A stretch of DNA of 64,000 bases from Enterobacteria phage GiZh, in the sequence record NC_054903.1. One strand, written 5' to 3'. Both the position numbers and the translations under genes were made by a program. This document shows, in pieces, positions 61,632 through 64,000 of the stretch. Every line of letters begins with the position of its first letter. Positions within the stretch are counted from its first letter, which is position 1. The notes under the pieces were generated by a model that had not been told where the DNA came from, did no database searches, and worked only from the letters and a program-made list of their open reading frames with translations.

Positions 61632-62234
61632 TTATAGATTAAATCCTTCAAAATCAAGAGTATAGATAGTGTATGTTGAATACTTTTTGTACTCATATCT
61701 ATCTGCAATTCTAAATACACTTCCAGCTGGTATCATTACTTCTTGTTCATCTGAAACTAATTCCATATTACGATAACGATGGCTATCCGGAAACTTAAAG
61801 TTTGGATTGTATTCTTTACAGCGTAGAGCTTTTATAGCATACTCCTGGAAATTGAATACCATAGGAGCTTTGAATTCAAAAATAACTTGTGTGTTATACT
61901 CTAAACCGGAAGCAAAATGTAGAGCTATATTTTTATCATATGAAGCTGATACGACTTTATCAAATGTAATAATATCAATTCCTTGATTTAATACTTGCTT
62001 AGTCTCAGCTGGAACACCTCTCCAAAGAGGTTTATCGTTTGGAACCAAACGAGATTTGATTATTTCATTTAACCAAGTATGGTCATCTGGTTTATTAGTA
62101 ATACAATGAATTAAAAGTTCAATTTCAGATAAATTAAACCCTTCAGAAAGTAATTCTTCACGAATAGAAGCACGCACCGATGCATCCATTGATTTTATTT
62201 TAAAATCTTTTAGTTGCATTACTGAGTATTTCAT
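61632..62234 (-). CDS. modA: ADP-ribosyltransferase ModA
   Basis: 200 aa; R-S-EXE motifs (LWRGV, ASYDK..FASG, EQEVMIPAG); adjacent paralogue modB. Confidence 0.8.
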   Translation of the reverse strand: MKYSVMQLKDFKIKSMDASVRASIREELLSEGFNLSEIELLIHCITNKPDDHTWLNEIIKSRLVPNDKPLWRGVPAETKQVLNQGIDIITFDKVVSASYDKNIALHFASGLEYNTQVIFEFKAPMVFNFQEYAIKALRCKEYNPNFKFPDSHRYRNMELVSDEQEVMIPAGSVFRIADRYEYKKYSTYTIYTLDFEGFNL

Positions 62235-62854
62235 TCAACTACCTCAATATCATAAACTTTAAATGTTCCAAATGAATCGTGTAATTTTTCTTTTGAAATA
62301 GAAGTTATTCTATACTTTCCAATTGGAATCATCCATTCTTGTTCATGTACAATCATCATTAAGTTATCAGTTCTTTCTGAATCTAACCCATCAGTATCTT
62401 CATACGTGTACTTAAACTCAGTATTAGGAGAAGAAAGTATAATATCGCTGATATGGTCAGAATAATTAAAAGCTTTATCAGTTTTTAAGCGAAGTACTAT
62501 TTCAGTGAAATATTCATCATAAGAAAAAGAACACGCTGTATGCAAACTAGTAGTAAATGAATCTACCCTGTTCGTTGAAAACACTTCTCCAACTTGCAAA
62601 TCTTTAATAAGTTCTTTTGTCGATTTTGATATACCACGATATAATTGATAAGGCGATTTAGTTAAATGCTTTTTAATGATTTTATTCAACTGTCTGTGAA
62701 GAGCTTCATTCTTTTTGGCTTCCATACATTGCCAAAGAACAGACTGCTCAAAGTCAGTAAATTTTTCACAGACTTTTTTATACATATCATATTGAAAATC
62801 AACGCTTTCAGCTTTTATAGATAACTGTTCAACATCTACAGGATTAATAATCAT
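62231..62854 (-). CDS. modB: ADP-ribosyltransferase ModB
   Basis: 207 aa; LYRGIS, STNR, EQEWMIPIG; start preceded by early-type promoter (gtaaac 62905-62910). Confidence 0.8.
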   Translation of the reverse strand: MIINPVDVEQLSIKAESVDFQYDMYKKVCEKFTDFEQSVLWQCMEAKKNEALHRQLNKIIKKHLTKSPYQLYRGISKSTKELIKDLQVGEVFSTNRVDSFTTSLHTACSFSYDEYFTEIVLRLKTDKAFNYSDHISDIILSSPNTEFKYTYEDTDGLDSERTDNLMMIVHEQEWMIPIGKYRITSISKEKLHDSFGTFKVYDIEVVE

Positions 62855-62879
62855 GATAGCCTCCGTATACTTCAGAAGC

Positions 62880-62912
62880 TATCATATCATCGTTAGAAAG
62901 GAAAGTAAACAA
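62880..62912 (-). promoter_or_regulatory. T4 early-type promoter upstream of modB
   Basis: gtaaacaactttttga cassette shared with other early promoters in the window. Confidence 0.45.
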
Positions 62913-62921
62913 CTTTTTGAA

Positions 62922-63104
62922 TTATTTTGCCCAGGGAGCCCAAGGCGGAGGGTCAAGATGGTATGAAGCTAGTTCTTCTAGAAGAGCATCTGGGGCTTCA
63001 ATTCCATAATTCTGTAATACTATACGGTACTCTTTCTTATAATCACTAGAATCATTCTGGTTATTCGTAGAATGATTATCTTCTAACATCTCAAATAAAT
63101 CCAT
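62922..63104 (-). CDS. Hypothetical protein (60 aa)
   Basis: Small ORF upstream of modB. Confidence 0.4.
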   Translation of the reverse strand: MDLFEMLEDNHSTNNQNDSSDYKKEYRIVLQNYGIEAPDALLEELASYHLDPPPWAPWAK

Positions 63105-63112
63105 ATTAATTC

Positions 63113-63583
63113 CTAGCGATAAAAACCAAAGTGACGATTAGCTTCAATGATCTTTCTTTCTTCTTCGGACATTCTCCAGCGTAGTCCAACATCAAAATGA
63201 GCCCAGACCATCCTAACAAATGCATTTATATCTTTAATATCTTCAATAATGAATGTTTTACTTTTAGAAGGTTGACTCGCTAATTTAACTTTATCGTCTT
63301 CAAACATGTCAAAAAGACCATATTCATGAGCTCTTTTATAGCCTTTAATAGTTAAAGCTTCAGAAGAAGAAAATGGTGAATCTGTATTCTGCAAAATATC
63401 TTCAGTATGCTTTATAATTAGAATAACATTTTCTGGATATTTTCTTTCTTTTATATCTTTAATTAAAATATCCGGATTTTCTGCTAAAGGAATAATTAAC
63501 GAGCATTTTTTATCAAGTGTATTTACTGATTTACCTTCTTTAGACATAAATTCTATTGAATATAATTTTGCTACTTCAATCAT
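63113..63583 (-). CDS. Hypothetical protein (156 aa)
   Basis: ORF upstream of modB cluster. Confidence 0.5.
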   Translation of the reverse strand: MIEVAKLYSIEFMSKEGKSVNTLDKKCSLIIPLAENPDILIKDIKERKYPENVILIIKHTEDILQNTDSPFSSSEALTIKGYKRAHEYGLFDMFEDDKVKLASQPSKSKTFIIEDIKDINAFVRMVWAHFDVGLRWRMSEEERKIIEANRHFGFYR

Positions 63584-63740
63584 GTGATTTCCTTTTGCCT
63601 ACTAATGGACCGTCAGGAATTTTGTTTTCCTGAATGTATTTCTCATTTTCTTCCATCATTTTACTACCGATTTTAAGAAGCAAATCCATTGCTTCATTTG
63701 CTTTAGCCTTTGCCTCTTCTAACGTCATATCTTTGGTCAT
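63576..63740 (-). CDS. Small hypothetical protein (54 aa)
   Basis: Unlisted [29 protein letters not shown]...; ATGA overlap with upstream ORF stop. Confidence 0.35.
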   Translation of the reverse strand: MTKDMTLEEAKAKANEAMDLLLKIGSKMMEENEKYIQENKIPDGPLVGKRKSHD

Positions 63741-63940
63741 GATTTATCACCATAGATGTCTCTCATCAATTTAAGCGCTGAGCGTTCTAATTTCTTTTCT
63801 TTCTCAGCACTAATCATTGATTTCATCCATTCTTCTGACTCGTTCTGTATTTCTTTATTTGCCTGTTCAACCCAACCATCATCAATATACATTGAGTTTG
63901 GTCTATTGAACCATTCAAGCATTTTCTTCAGAACTTTCAT
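63737..63940 (-). CDS. Hypothetical protein (67 aa)
   Basis: Small ORF at the window end. Confidence 0.45.
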   Translation of the reverse strand: MKVLKKMLEWFNRPNSMYIDDGWVEQANKEIQNESEEWMKSMISAEKEKKLERSALKLMRDIYGDKS

Positions 63941-64000
63941 TTGTTTTACCTAAAACAATAGTAGGAGCATCGTCAAATTCATGAATTTTTAGCAATTTTG

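Overview
This window reads as a contiguous segment of a T4-like (T-even, Tevenvirinae) coliphage genome, collinear with the T4 map from gene 29 to modB. Early and middle genes lie on the minus strand (alt, 30, rIII, 31, cd, pseT, alc, rnlA, denA, nrdB, nrdA, td, frd, 32, 59, 33, dsbA, rnh, then asiA, arn, motA, 52, ac, stp, ndd, denB, rIIB, rIIA, 39, dexA, dda, srd, modA, modB). Late genes lie on the plus strand (29, 48, 54, and the long-tail-fibre and lysis block 34-35-36-37-38-t). Calls rest on protein length, motifs read directly from the ORF track, and gene order recalled from T4; no database search was run. I found no tRNA, rRNA, CRISPR array, integrase, transposase or homing-endonuclease gene. 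I did not find a clearly foreign or self-contained new system; the candidates for novelty are local departures from the T4 arrangement as I recall it and uncharacterised small-ORF clusters. The main ones are: two tandem Alt-like ADP-ribosyltransferase paralogues, a NADAR/YbiA-like ORF next to a HAD-like hydrolase, an extra ORF between frd and td, uninterrupted td and nrdB and an unsplit gene 39, two tandem paralogue arrays around dexA, and a near-identical 54-bp promoter-leader cassette at two loci 15 kb apart. Intergenic regions carry repeated early-promoter-like cassettes, TATAAATA late promoters and many stable tetraloop hairpins.
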